Assembly (NCBI RefSeq): GCF_021869535.1
Contig: NW_026262668.1
Location: 15,686,001 to 15,750,000 of the forward strand
Direction of reading: 5' to 3'
Length of the DNA: 64,000 bases
Source of the DNA: Mytilus californianus
Taxonomy: Eukaryota
A program made the position numbers and the translations under genes. Below the pieces are notes generated by a model. That model had not been told where the DNA came from, did no database searches, and saw only the letters and a list, made by a program, of their open reading frames with translations. Shown here piece by piece: positions 49,234-62,700 of this stretch (within the stretch, counting starts at the first letter, position 1; every line of letters starts with the position of its first letter).

Positions 49234-49889
49234 AGATACATTGTTTTAAGTATAAAAACGAATTGTATAAATAAAATTAGACAACTAAGTAGTTTAACCA
49301 GTTCAAACTCATTTGAAAGACGTCAATTCATTAATTTTGATTGAAACTTCAGGTTTGAGAATATTTTAACCAAAGTATATGTTAGATAAATGCAGAGTAT
49401 GTTTTGTATGATACCTGTTTTCTTTTGATTTTGGACTTAATTCTATCAGCTATTGTACTGTTATTCATAATTTCCGAGACATTTTGCTCCTATTGATATG
49501 ACTTTTTAAAACAAAAATAATTCACATGATAGAAACAGAAAGTAACAACATAATTTCGGAAATACGGATCAATTTTCTTATCTTACGCATCGAATTTCTA
49601 CTCTTTTTTGTTTATTAAAGTGGCAATCTTAATATGGTCTCCAAATATTTAAAAAATACAATAAAAGTGGATATGCACACGAGAATGAATTCCAAACATA
49701 CCTAGTAAAGCATTTAAAAGAAATACCCTTTTGATAAAAAAATTCAATGATCTTCAATGCTGCATGTATTTAAAACTCAATAAACAAAAACACAAAACAC
49801 ATAGTAGTAAGATTTTAAAGAAAAGGCAACATTTCAAAACCAATCATGTCGATGCTATAAACATAAAACAATCACAATGGAGAAACCAT

Positions 49890-50125
49890 GAAACATTAAC
49901 CAATCAAAATAGAGATATTAACCAACTACAATGGAGATGAAGACACAAACATAAACCATTCACATTAAATGCTAACATTAACCAATCACAATGTCGATAG
50001 TAACATTAACCAATCACAATGGAGATACAAACATACCATAAACCAATCACAATGTCAATAGTAACATTAACAAATCACAATGGAGATAGTAATATTAATT
50101 AATCACAATGGAGATACAAACATCA
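49890..50125. repeat. Degenerate ~28-bp tandem repeat (AACATTAACCAATCACAATGGAGAT)
   Basis: About 7 imperfect copies. Confidence 0.65.
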
Positions 50126-51133
50126 ACCATGATATTTTTGCAATAAGAACAGACGTTCCTGTATATTTTTGGTTTATTATTGGCTATTTCACGTATATCA
50201 AAAGAAAATGATAACACTAAATTTGTCATTTTCTTATATACATATAGGGTTATTTCATCTGTTTTAATACTTATCTTTAGATTTTCATATTGGCAAATCA
50301 CTATGAGAGCAAATCGTGATGTGTTTAAAATTAGGTTTCATGCTAAAAATTTGGTAACATAAGTATTATATATACTTAGAAATTTGTTCGAATATGAATT
50401 ATTTTGTAAATTACAGATCATATTCAGATTAATAATAATTCAAAGTAAATTTCAATACAGTATACTTAAAGTGCATACGATTTTGTTCAAATAGTATTTC
50501 ATGATTTAAATCCAATACCTGTATACTTCTAATTATTTGTTGTTTCTTGCGATCGTTCAAGATAATTATGCAGTTATTTGAACTCACTGATAATAGGGCC
50601 TGGTTAATGAAAGAACTATAATTTTGAAAAGACTTCTCAACAATAGTTTAAATAAAAGACAAAATGGATAAGCGTTGGATCGTTAAAAAGATACCATTCA
50701 CACTCCGGGTTCGTGGTATCTTTTTAACGAACCAATACTTATCCGTTGTATCTACATTACATATTGCTCACAAATTTTAGAATCTGTGATCATACACTAC
50801 TAATTGAAATTGGATACAGAAGTACGAAAATGCGTTAGATAGATAGTTGAAGACTGTAATTCGACCTTAAGGTGTCTTTATTTGTCGTTGAGTTGTTGTC
50901 TCAATAATTTAAAATTCTCATCTCCACTTATTCATAACAGTAAAATTTATTTACACTGTTTTTCTTGACTAGGGGCGAATAAGAGCTTGAAATATTGTAT
51001 AACCATCTGTCGATTATTGACCTCTTTATGTTGTTTGGTTTCTGTAGGTATATCACACATCTCCATTTATCAATGAATATAAAATATATTGTTCAAAATT
51101 GAAAAAAATCAATCATGTCTTCATTTATCATGC

Positions 51134-52757
51134 AGGGGCCTGTTAATCGAAGGTGTCCTAGAAATATGTTTCTGAAACATACTTTACCCCATGATTTATG
51201 ATGGACTTAGGACTGTCTTAAGGCATGATTTAGGATGGACTAAGGACCGTCTTAAGACATGATTTAGGATGGACTTAGGACTGTCTTTAGACATGATTCA
51301 GGATTGAATTAGGACTGTCTTTAGACATGATTTAGGATGGACTTAGGACTGTCTTTAGACATGATTTAGGATTGAATTAGGACTGTCTTTAGACAGGATT
51401 TAGGATTGAATTAGGACTGTCTTTAGACATGATTTAGGATTGAATAAGGACTGTCTTTAGACAGGATTTAGGATTGACTTAGGACTGTCTTTAGACATGA
51501 TTTAGGATTGACTTAGGACTGTCTTAAGACATGATTTAGGATTGACTTAGGACTGTCTTAAGACATGGTTTAGGTTTGACTAAGGACTGTCTTAGGGCAT
51601 ATCTGAGCATGAACATCGAAGATTTCTTACTAGTATTTTACCTAGGATGTCCGAAACGTTATCCTAAGTGTTGGAGTAATCAAATAGCAAAATAAAAATA
51701 ATATATATATATATTAAGATAAAACAGAACAACTTATTTGTAAATAGTGAAACTAAATATATATTTTTGAGTGAGTTTAATTCGAAGTGTCACGGTTTTA
51801 GAACATTATGATTTAAAGAGTTAAAAGGGAAATCTCGTGCATCTTTTATATCAATGCGGAGTACATGAATTATTTTGTGTGTGTTTTAACTTTTTTTAAA
51901 GTAAATATTCTTTATCATTTTAACCTTTTTTCATCTACTTAATGCGATTTGTTTATATATGATGCCTCTCTATTCTTATATACATGTAATATTTGCCACT
52001 GAACGTGAGGCATTATGAAACCAGCAATGATACAAAAATAGGAAGCTGTGGTATGATTGCCAATGAGACAACTATCCACCAAAGTTCAAATGAAGTGGAT
52101 GTAAGCAATTATAGGCAACCGTACAGCCTTTCTGTTATCTAAATGTTATTACAATAACAGTAGTAAATGTATATATAATATATAATAAAGTTTGAATGTA
52201 CAATTATTAGATACATATTAGTTATTATCTTTATAATAATACTGGTGATAATTCTAATTTTCTTTATTAATATTTTTACTACTGGTGAAATTCGATGCAT
52301 TTTTATTGAAGTATTATAATAATTTTGTGTCATGAATGGATACCCCATATTCGTTCTTTTCTTTACTTTCATATATATATACTACTCTTATTTTAATAAC
52401 TTTTGGATAAGAGAAAAACACATCAAATAAGTGAAAATGCATTAAAATATTAAAGAATATTAACTAAATGAAAAATTAAAATTAAAAAAAATGGGTGGTC
52501 CATTCCCCAAGCGCCTCTGCTACGGACGTGATAATCTATACTTGTGTATACTATCAATATCACGCAAATACATGTAGTTAAGAGGGTTAATATAGTCCCT
52601 AAGCGGTCTTATTCTACAAATATTATTTGTACTGCTCCCTAAATAAACATATATAGGCGGCGATCGTATTTGATTACAAATTAACCAGCATAGAATATAT
52701 CCTACAGTTATGGAGGACATGTGCTATTCCTAATAGCGCTTCGATAAACAGGCCCCT
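51134..52757. mobile_element. Non-autonomous PIF/Harbinger-like element containing a 34-bp tandem array
   Basis: TIRs AGGGGCCTGTTAATCGAAG and CTTCGATAAACAGGCCCCT (18/19 match). TSD not recovered. Confidence 0.55.
51191..51600. repeat. 34-bp minisatellite, ~12 copies
   Basis: Unit ACATGATTTAGGATKGACTTAGGACTGTCTTWAG. Confidence 0.9.
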
Positions 52758-53809
52758 AGTCTTTTGAGTTTTCTTACTTGTCAATATACCTTATCATTGC
52801 TTTTATTTCTATCGTTTGTGTATTGTCCTTTACATTTCTGAAGTTGTTTCCTTTTAAATTATCAGTGTTATTGCTCAACTATAATATTTATACATCCCTA
52901 CGTTAGAAACTGTTGTCTTTGAATTATTTTTGAACACATTGTGCTATTGAAATGTGAGAAGTCCTGCAACATTCACATGTGGAATTTACTTAATTTCTAT
53001 GAGAAGGAGTCACAGGAAAATGAGAAAAAAAAACCCAAAAAAACGTAAAATAAAAAATATGTTGTATTGCGTTAAGAAGTTCATGCTGATCGATTAACTT
53101 TATGAAAATAGATATTTAAACATTATAATGATAAATAAGAAAACCAACGACAAGGTTTCATACATGTGACAGAGTTGTCAAGACACAACTGGAGATTTGA
53201 AAATTTTCAGCTGGGGTTTGAGCCTCATAACTGGATTTTTTTTATCGACATTTTTATCGACGTTTTCAGTGTTCATTTTGATAAACAAGATACAGAAATA
53301 GCACTTAGCTATAACATAATGCTATTAGAGAAAAGTACAGTTAAATAACAAAAAAATATGATTCTGCATCAAAGAGAATTTCAACATTAATGTTAAGGCC
53401 GGTAATAAGTCGATAAATGAACTCCCTGCATCAACGTTAACCTAGTATGCAAGAACAATAAATTCTAATGACTTTGTTCCTTAAAAATACGGTCACATCA
53501 AAACAAATACGTATACATAGTTATTTAAAGAGATATGTCAAACGTACCTTACTTATGGGATCATCAAACGTTTTGAAAAAGAGGGAATTTAACAATAAGT
53601 GAAATAAGTATTAAATACTAAAAGGTTCTCTACTCGAGTTATCATCTAGCTTTTGTTTCACTCTAAAAGTTTTCAATAGATTTCGTGTCAATAAAACAAT
53701 TGAACTCTTCAATGTACAGTTTATGTTTTCCTTGACTGCTTCAATTGTATTAAATATATAGAAAGTAATATTTAATAACAATTTTGTTGAACTAGATAAA
53801 TAAGAGAAA

Positions 53810-56800
53810 ATGGTTTGCTTACCACAGAAGCCTGCTTCTACGTGTTTGAGAATCATAGCCTTTCTGCTGTCGCTAGGAGGTTTAGTCCTCTGTATTGTAT
53901 CGTATTTCTATCCAGCTTGGACTAAGTTCAGACACAATGGCGTTACTGGATCCCTTGGGATTCATCAAATGTGTGCCCGTGAATCGGATGGAGAATGGGA
54001 CTGTAGAGATATCAAAGGAAAAGGTTAGTAAAAAAGTTTAACAAAAATACCGAAATTCAAGGAAAATTAAAAAAGGGGGAAGTCCATAAAAACTGACAAA
54101 ATCGAACGTTATCAACCAACAGAACGAATGAAAAACAGCTGTCATATTCCTGACTTGCATGGTACAGGCATTTTCCGAAGAAAATGGTGGGTTAAACCGG
54201 GTTTTATAGCTAGTTAAACCTCAAACTTGTATGAAAGTTGTTTTATAGTTCCGTTGTATTGACGAATTGGGTGAGCAACCCAATTATTTTGTATTATTTG
54301 AACATAGAACGTATCTGATATATTTACTACCGGAGACAACAGTAGAATTGTTTACACTGTACGTATTGACTATACAGTGTTCAGCATATATGTATTGTAA
54401 AATATCAGCTGTGAGTCGCACTATGAAGCTTTTTGTCAGGTGAGCACAACGAACGATTTAAAAAAAGCCTTCATATTGTGTCGAGCGACTGATAGTTTAC
54501 AATATCAATATGACGAAACAATAAATTTCCTTGTTTTACCAGCAAATCGGAATAGGACATTTTGTGTGGGACCAAACTTTTTAACATTCGGCAAAACACT
54601 TAGACGTCGTTGATAAGTTATTAAGGCTTTTCAAGCATACCGGCGTCACAAATAGGATATATACAATTTAAGACATTTTGGGTGAATAATATATATTCTA
54701 AAACACATTGAAGACTGTAAAAAGGAAATATTGGTGATTTATAATCCTACTGAATGTTAGTCAAGTCTGAATTAATTAATATTTGCTCTTTTCTGAGATA
54801 TAAGTTTTCTGAATGTTTAATAGATTCGTTATAGCTTGTTCTTCTGAAAAATGTGTTGGCTCCTCTTTGGTTATGATTGTTCCCTTTGTATTTCTTATAT
54901 AATCTTATCTTGAAAATTAAAAGCGTCAGTCAAAACGAAGTAATACTTCAAGTAATTATTTTTTTCTCAAAATCTTATGTCTATATGCAGATGAAACATA
55001 TCTATGTCATAAAATGTATTTAAAATAACCATTTTGAAGCCAAAAATAGGACCGGAGTAGTACACCTTTTAATTACGAAGATGACGATGGACATCGTGAT
55101 ATGTTAACAATAACCAACCCTGACTCTTCGACCGAGGATAGCTGATAACGCGAGTTTTCATAAAGCTATATTTTTTTTAAATTTCAGACATGCTTTTTTT
55201 CCTGTTCCAAGCCTCCTTCTCCATAGGAATAGTGGCCTATACCATATTTGTGATCATAGTATCGATGACATTTTGCTCCTGTTGTATCAAAAGTTCCAGG
55301 GCTGTCGGAATGACGAAGTTCTTTGTTGTGATTGCTGACCTTATTACATGTAAGTATATTCAATTTGATAATTGCTACTGAAAGGTCAATAGCGATTAAA
55401 ATGATACTTTGCATAAGGTCTAAAAGGTTGCTTTAATTACTTTAATTTTTTTATTCGCGGATACAAAATGAATTACTATATAAAATTTAGAAGATGTGGT
55501 ATGATTGCTGATGAGACAACTCTCCAACCAAAACCAAATTACTTAGAAGTTAACAGCCTTAGGTCACCGTACAGCCTTCAACAATGAGCAAAACCCATAT
55601 CGTATAATAAGCGACAAATGGCTCTGAAATGACAAATGTAAGACAATTCAAACGAGTAATAAATAATTGATTGATTTATGCACAAAACAATAAACGAAGA
55701 ACAAATATGATATACAGTAACGAACGACAACTACTAGTCTGTTGATTAAAAGAAAACTGCTTTCTGGATGCAATCAATGTTTTAAAATTTCATTGTTGTT
55801 ATAAGAATTGCATTGAATTTTATAAAATAATGTAAAGAAGCAGCGACACAAAAAAGAAACGGTTGAATATCTAAGTTTTCTTTAAATATTTGATTGATTG
55901 TTCCTCGAGTGCGGGGACATGGGTGCATTCTCCTACCATATCAAACTAAGAGTAAATAAAAAATTTGCTGCTTTTTCCGACGAGCATAAGTTATTTAGGA
56001 GGAAGAGCAATGACTATTAGGCTAAATATAAAAAATATGAGTGCGAACTTGGTGAATTCTTGCTGACTGTTACACTGTGAGCTCTGACGACCCCAGAGTG
56101 TTGGTCCAAAACAAAGTTGGGCATCTTAATATTACATGTATGAAAACGATATTGTCCTGAATATACATGTAATAATTGCCACTGAATGTAAGTCATTAGC
56201 AAGCAAACATTAATATAAAGATAGGAAGCTATGGTATGATTGCCAATGTGACAACTGTAAGCTAGATACAAATTAACGTAGATGTAAGCAACATTAGGTC
56301 ACCGAACTGTCTTTAGCAATGAGCAAAACCTATATATATATATATATATATATATATACCGTATTGTAAGCCATAAAAAGCCCAACATTTTCATTCAACT
56401 AACAATAGGGGATTTTTTATAAGTAATTGATGACCAATAATCTGGTTTATTGAGACAATAGATAATAAGATATTTAGCGTAATGTTAAAGATACCTGCAT
56501 TTCAACGTGAAACTTATCGGTTTGATGTACGTAAACTTTTGGCGTTGATTCCCGACAACGACACCAAATTAAGGGTGATTTTTGCTTGATTAGCGTCATA
56601 TGTCACATGACTAGTTGAGATTTCATTTGTAGTCTAGTTGATTGTTTGAATTAAATTCATCCTGTCGTTAAAAATCTCACCAATAAACATTTTATCACAT
56701 ATTTCTCGCAGCAATATAAATAAGAGATGTATTTTATTGTTGTTTTTTTTTTTATTTTAATTTCAGTCAACTGTTTGATGATTGCCATTGCAACAGGTCT

Positions 56801-57071
56801 GAAATCAGATTTCTTGGGAACATTAAGAATAAGTTATGGTTGTATCATGTGCCTAACAGCATTCGCCATTGCAGTTGTTTTGTGTCCTTTCTATCTAATC
56901 GATGCAAAAAATACCGCGCGACGATTTAAAGAAGAGAAATACAAGAAGTTCTCTAATATCCAGGAACCCATGGATCCAGAAACTATCACCAAAACAAACC
57001 AGTTGACTCCAGATATTTTATCAGAAGAAATGAAAAACAACACCATTTCTCCTTCGTCAACTCATATGTGA
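53810..57071 (+). CDS. Claudin/PMP22-like tetraspan protein C with short tail; 3 exons, 226 aa
   Basis: Exons 53810-54023, 55188-55349 and 56767-57071, GT-AG and phase 1. Loop PAW...LGIHQMC...WDC; TM4 ends PFYLID; the protein ends in STHM. Confidence 0.8.
54035..54250 (+). repeat. Third interspersed repeat (AACAAAAATACCGAA...GGTTTTATAGCTAG)
   Basis: Colinear copy at 6754-6945. Confidence 0.65.
56331..56358. repeat. (TA)14 microsatellite
   Basis: Directly visible. Confidence 0.95.
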
Positions 57072-57399
57072 AATGAAATAACGTTTTTTTCATACTTGCG
57101 AAATATCATCAGTCGAAAAATTTTCCACAAGTGATGTATAAATTATAATATGACTTTTATAGAAGAAGTTACATTGGTTTAATTATTTGAAATTATCGTA
57201 ACAGTGTACAGTTATCTACTTGACTCCATCTAATTATTTCTTTATATTCATTGTATTTTTGTAAATATTGTATATAGTACATTGTACTGTTTTATGTTAT
57301 ATAGTATTACAAGACAAATAAGAAATTATTGTAACATTTTAAGATTTCAATCTTGTATTTGGTTGGTCGCTAGAAAATATAGGGAGTTGCAAATATATT

Positions 57400-57712
57400 A
57401 TAAACCTAAGAAATTTGCATATGTTAAACCCCTCCACATTTTTGCGCCTGTCCCAAGTCAGGAGCCTCTGGCCTTTGCTAGTCTAGTATGTTTTTTAATT
57501 TTAGTTCATTTATATGTTTTGGAGTTTAGTGTGACGTCCATTTTCACTGAGCTAGCACACAATTTTAGTTAGGGGCCAGCTGAGGACCACCTCCGGGTGC
57601 GGGATTTTCTCGCTGCATTGAAGACCCATTGGTGGCCTTCGGCTGTTGTCTGCTCTTTGGTCGGGTTGTTGTCTTTTTGACATATTCCCAATTTCCATTC
57701 TGAATTTTATAT
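57400..57712 (-). repeat. Second abundant interspersed repeat (AAAATTGAGAATGGAAATGGGGAATGTGTCAAAGAGACAACAACCCGACC family)
   Basis: Other copies at 7434-7500 (+), 31770-31970 (-) and 47720-47825 (-). It shares GGCTCCTGACTTGGGACAGGC with the first family. Confidence 0.75.
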
Positions 57713-59345
57713 GTGTATGTTGAAACTACCAAAATAAATCTTAAGATGTAAAAATTGCTATCCGGTTACACTGTCAACATTCCAATAGTGTCCACCAACG
57801 CTATAGTATATGATTTTTATGCATTTACTGTATAGATTGTTTGTAATATTTCAAATTAAAGAAAAGGTATGAAAGAAAGAGTCACGTTGTCTAATAAAAA
57901 GGTATCTTATTTCACAATTTCAGTGTTATAGGTAAGAACTATCCAGAATAAAACCCAGTTCTTGTTTGAATTTCTAAGTTATTTTGCCTTTAACTTTTTA
58001 TATTTATCGACATCTGTAAGGTTGCTACCCCTGTAACTATATGCGTGTGGCATCAAGCTGAATGTTTTCAATTCTATCTTATAAATAAACATTATGAGCT
58101 TTTATTGGTCTTATAAAGGACATATATAATGTTTACAGAGTGAACCGAACGAGTACGTTTCTAACTTTCCTTAGAATGTTGACTCTTTAAATAAGATTCT
58201 TTTATTATAAATTTGACATGGTCTTGCCAACATCGTTTATTAGAGAAATAAACGACTGTCAAAATGTTTAAGTTTTTGGTTATTCAACTTTAAAAGGAAT
58301 TGGTAAAGCTTATTATATATATAATAGTGTTTTCCCCTAAAAATTATCATAGTTTAACAAGGAATTTCTGAAACCAATCAATGTATTTGATCTAAGTTGC
58401 AGCAGCTCAAGTCGGATTATCAGCTACTTAGTACAACAAAGTTGAATATCATCGACAGTGTTAATTATATATAACAAAAACAAAAGAGGACCCTTTAAAA
58501 AAAATCTATTTGATCAGTTGATATTGGTTGACAAAAAACTTATTCAACGATCGATTATATATTGACATATATACTCACTTTGATATCAGTTTCCCTTTTG
58601 AACAATATATATGAAACTGGCACGAAGTCAGATATCAGTCATTGACGTCACAAAAGACTTATTGAGCGTTTAAATCTTTATGTATGTTTATGGTATATAT
58701 ATTTGATATGGGTTCGTTAAGGAAAACAATAAGATAAATCAATACTTACAGTGAGCTAATTATAGGTTTGATACATTCGTAAGTAAGAATTGGATATCGC
58801 TCAATATCATCTGGAATCACTTTTTATGAAAATAATTATAAACTATTTTTTTAGTTTTATTTCATATCATAATCATTGAAATGAAACAAAGAAAGTTGAA
58901 ATCTAACGATATCCTATGCGCGAGTTTTTAAGCATATTTCTCCTATAGTACATATTATTTTCATATGTCATATTTTTTTTTCACGAAGTGTCAGCTGAGA
59001 AGCTGACTAATACGAAACTTCTGCATGGTAAATATGAAATTTTAACACTTGTGACTCCCTTTGTGCCGTTTTATAAGTGAACAATTCCTTCTTTCTTTAT
59101 TTCATACCCATAATTCACCGAATACATGGTAATGCAGACAACATCACGAAAAAGACAAATGAAAAAGCCTTAGGTAGAGAGGAAAAGTATCCTAATATTT
59201 GTTAAGCACTTGTCTTCACGTGACTTTTTCCATATTATACTCCATTTCTGAGAAAAATGCGGTAGCAATGTATAACAAACGGATTTTGATGGAGTGCATA
59301 TAAAAAAAGTCATAACAATAATAATAATAATTAATAATAATAGTA

Positions 59346-59428
59346 ACCGGGATAGATCAACCTTGGGCAACTAACGACCGGGATAGATCAACCTTAGGCA
59401 ACTAATGACCGGGATAGATCAACCTTAG
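59346..59428. repeat. 31-bp tandem repeat, 2.7 copies
   Basis: ACCGGGATAGATCAACCTTRGGCAACTAAYG at 59346, 59377 and 59408. Confidence 0.85.
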
Positions 59429-59635
59429 TGCTTCGAATAATTCAATGTTAAAAACAGATATTTGATTTTTTCGCTGCACCGCACTGCACGTGTTTTAATA
59501 TACAAAAAAACCTTTTAGTACAATGGGCTACAATTGTAAATCTGTTGACCAGCAGAAGGAGATAAACTCAAACTGCATCGTGTAATCAAATTTTGATAGA
59601 TTGGTATTTTTAACAACATAAACGGTACAAATGGT

Positions 59636-59681
59636 ATGCACAAGATGCGCATTTCGACAAATAATGTTTTTTCAGGAAAGC
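59636..59681 (-). ncRNA. Degenerate hammerhead relic (family C)
   Basis: The minus strand reads GCTTTC-CTGAAAA-AACATTATTTGTC-GAAA-TGCGCA-TC-TTGTGC; the G8 equivalent is mutated. Confidence 0.4.
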
Positions 59682-59737
59682 TGAAGGCCAGCATATCTGT
59701 GAAAGGGCAAAAACTCTTGGACAAACAGAACAAAACC

Positions 59738-62700
59738 AAATAAAGAGTTGTGGTATGATTGCCAATTAGACAACTATCCACCAGAGAGGTATGATATAGA
59801 AATAAAGGAGATGTGGTATGATTGCCAATGAGACAACTATCCATCAGAGAGGTATGATATAGAAATAAGGAGATGTGGTAAGATATAGAAATAAGGAGAT
59901 GTGGTATGGTGTAGAAATAAGGAGATGTGGTATGATGTAGAAATAAGGAGATGTGGTAAGATATAGAAATAAGGAGATGTGGTATGGTGTAGAAATAAGG
60001 AGATGTGGTATGATGTAGAAATAAGGAGATGTGGTATGATGTAGAAATAAGGAGATGTGGTATGATGTAGAAATAAGGAGATGTGGTATGATGTAGAAAT
60101 AAGAAGATGTGGTATGGTGTAGAAATAAGGAGATGTGGTATGATGTAAAAATAAGGAGATGTGGTATGATGTAGAAATAAGGAGAGGTGGTATGATGTAG
60201 AAATAAAGAGATGTGGTATGGTGTAGAAATAAGGAGATGTGGTATGATGTAGAAATAAGCAGATGTGGTATGGTGTAGAAATAAGGAGATGTGGTATGAT
60301 GTAGAAATAAGGAGATGTGGTATGATGTAGAAATAAGGAGATGTGGTATGATGTAGAATTAAGGAGATGTGGTATGATGTAGGAATAAGGAGATGTGGTA
60401 TGTTATAGAAATAAGGAGTTGTGGTATGATTGCCAATGATACAAGTATCCATCACAGAGGTATGATATAGAAATAAAGAGATGTGGTATGATTGCCAATG
60501 AGACAACTATCCACCAGAGAGGTATGATATAGAAATAAGGAGATGTGGTATGATTGCCAATGAGACAACTATCCACCAGAGAGGTATGATATAGAAATAA
60601 GGAGATGTGGTAAGATATAGAAATAAGGAGATGTGGTATGATGTAGAAATAAGGAGTTGTGGTATGATTGCCAATGATACAAGTATCCATCAGAGAGGTA
60701 TGATATAGAAATAAGGAGATGTGGTAAGATTACTAATGAGACAACTATCCATCAGAGAGGTATGATATAGAAATAAGGAGATGTGGTATGATTTCCAATG
60801 AGACAACTATCCATCAGAGAGGTATGATATAGAAATAAGGAGATGTGGTATGCATGATTGCTAATGAAACAACTATCCACCAGAGAGGTATGATATAGAA
60901 ATAAGAAGATGCGGTAAGATATAGAAATTAGGAGATGTGGTATGATATAGAAATAAGGAGATGTGGTTTGATTGCCAATGAGACATCTATCCAACAGAGA
61001 GGTATGCTATAGAAATAAGGAATTGTGGTATGATTGCCAATTAGACAACTATCCAGCAGAGAGGTAAAACATAGAAATAAGAAGATGTGGTATGATTGCC
61101 AATGAGACAACTATCCATCAGAGAGGTATGATATAGAAATAAGGAGAAGTTGTATGATTGCCAATGAGAAACTATCCATCAGAGAGGTATGATATAGAAA
61201 TAAAGAGTTGTGGTATGATTGCCAATTAGACAACTATCCACCAGAAAGGTATGATATAGAAATAAGGAGATGTGGTATGATTGCCATTGAGACAGCTATC
61301 CATCAGAGAGGTATGATATAGAAATAAGGAGATGTTGTATGATTGCCATTGAGACAGCTATCCATCAGAGAGGTATGATATAGAAATAAGGAGATGTGGT
61401 ATGATTGCCAATGAGACAACTATCCATCAGAGAGGTATGATATAGAAATAGGAGATGTGGTATGATTGCCAATGAGACAACTATCCAACAGAGAGGTAAG
61501 ATATAGAAATAAGGAGATGTGGTGAGATACAGAAATAAGGAGATGTGATATGATGTAGAAATAAGGAGTTGTGGTATGATTGCCAATGATACAAGTATCC
61601 ACCAGAGAGGTATGATATAGAAATAAGGAGATGTGGTATGATTGCCAATGAGACAACTATCCACCAGAGAGGTATGATATAGAAATAAGGAGATGTGGTA
61701 TGATTTCCAATGAGACAACTATCCATCAGAGAGGTATGATATAGAAATAAGGAGATGTGGTATGATTTCCAATGAGACAACTATCCATCAGAGAGGTATG
61801 ATATAGAAATAAGGAGATGTTGTATGCATGATTTGTAATGAAACAACTATCCACCAGAGAGGTATGATATAGAAATAAAGAGTTGTGGTATGATTGCCAA
61901 TAAGACAACTATCCACCAGAGAGGTATGATATAGAAATAAGGAGATGTGGTATGATTGCCTATGAGACAACTATCCACCAGAGAGGTAAAACATAGAAAT
62001 AGGAGATGTGGTATGATTGCCAATGAGACAACTATCCAACAGAGAAGTAAGATATAGAAATAAGGAGATGTGGTAAGATATAGAAATAAGGAGATGTGGT
62101 ATGATGTAGAAATAAGGAGTTGTGGTATGATTGCCAATGATACAAGGATCCATCAGAGAGGTATGATATAGAAATAAGGAGATGTGGTATGATTGCTAAT
62201 GAGACAACTATCCATCAGAGAGGTATGATATAGAAATAAGGAGATGTGGTATGATTTCCAATGAGACAACTATCCATCAGAGAGGTATGATATAGAAATA
62301 AGGAGATGTGGTATGCATGATTGCTAATGAAACAACTATCCACCAGAGAGGTATGATATAGAAATAAGAAGATGCGGTAAGATATAGAAATTAGGAGAAG
62401 TGGTATGATATAGAAATAAGGAGATGTGGTATGATTGCCAATGAGACATCTATCCAACGGAGGTATGATATAGAAATAAGGAGTTGTGGTATGATTGCCA
62501 ATTAGACAACTATCCAGCAGAGAGGTAAGACATAGAAATAAGGAGATGTGGTATGATTGCCAATGAGACAACTATCCATCAGAGAGGTATGATATAGAAA
62601 TAGGAGATGTGGCATGATTGCCAATGAGACAACTATCCAACAGAGAGGTAAGATATAGAAATAAGGAGATGTGGTACGATATAGAAATTAGGAGATGTGG

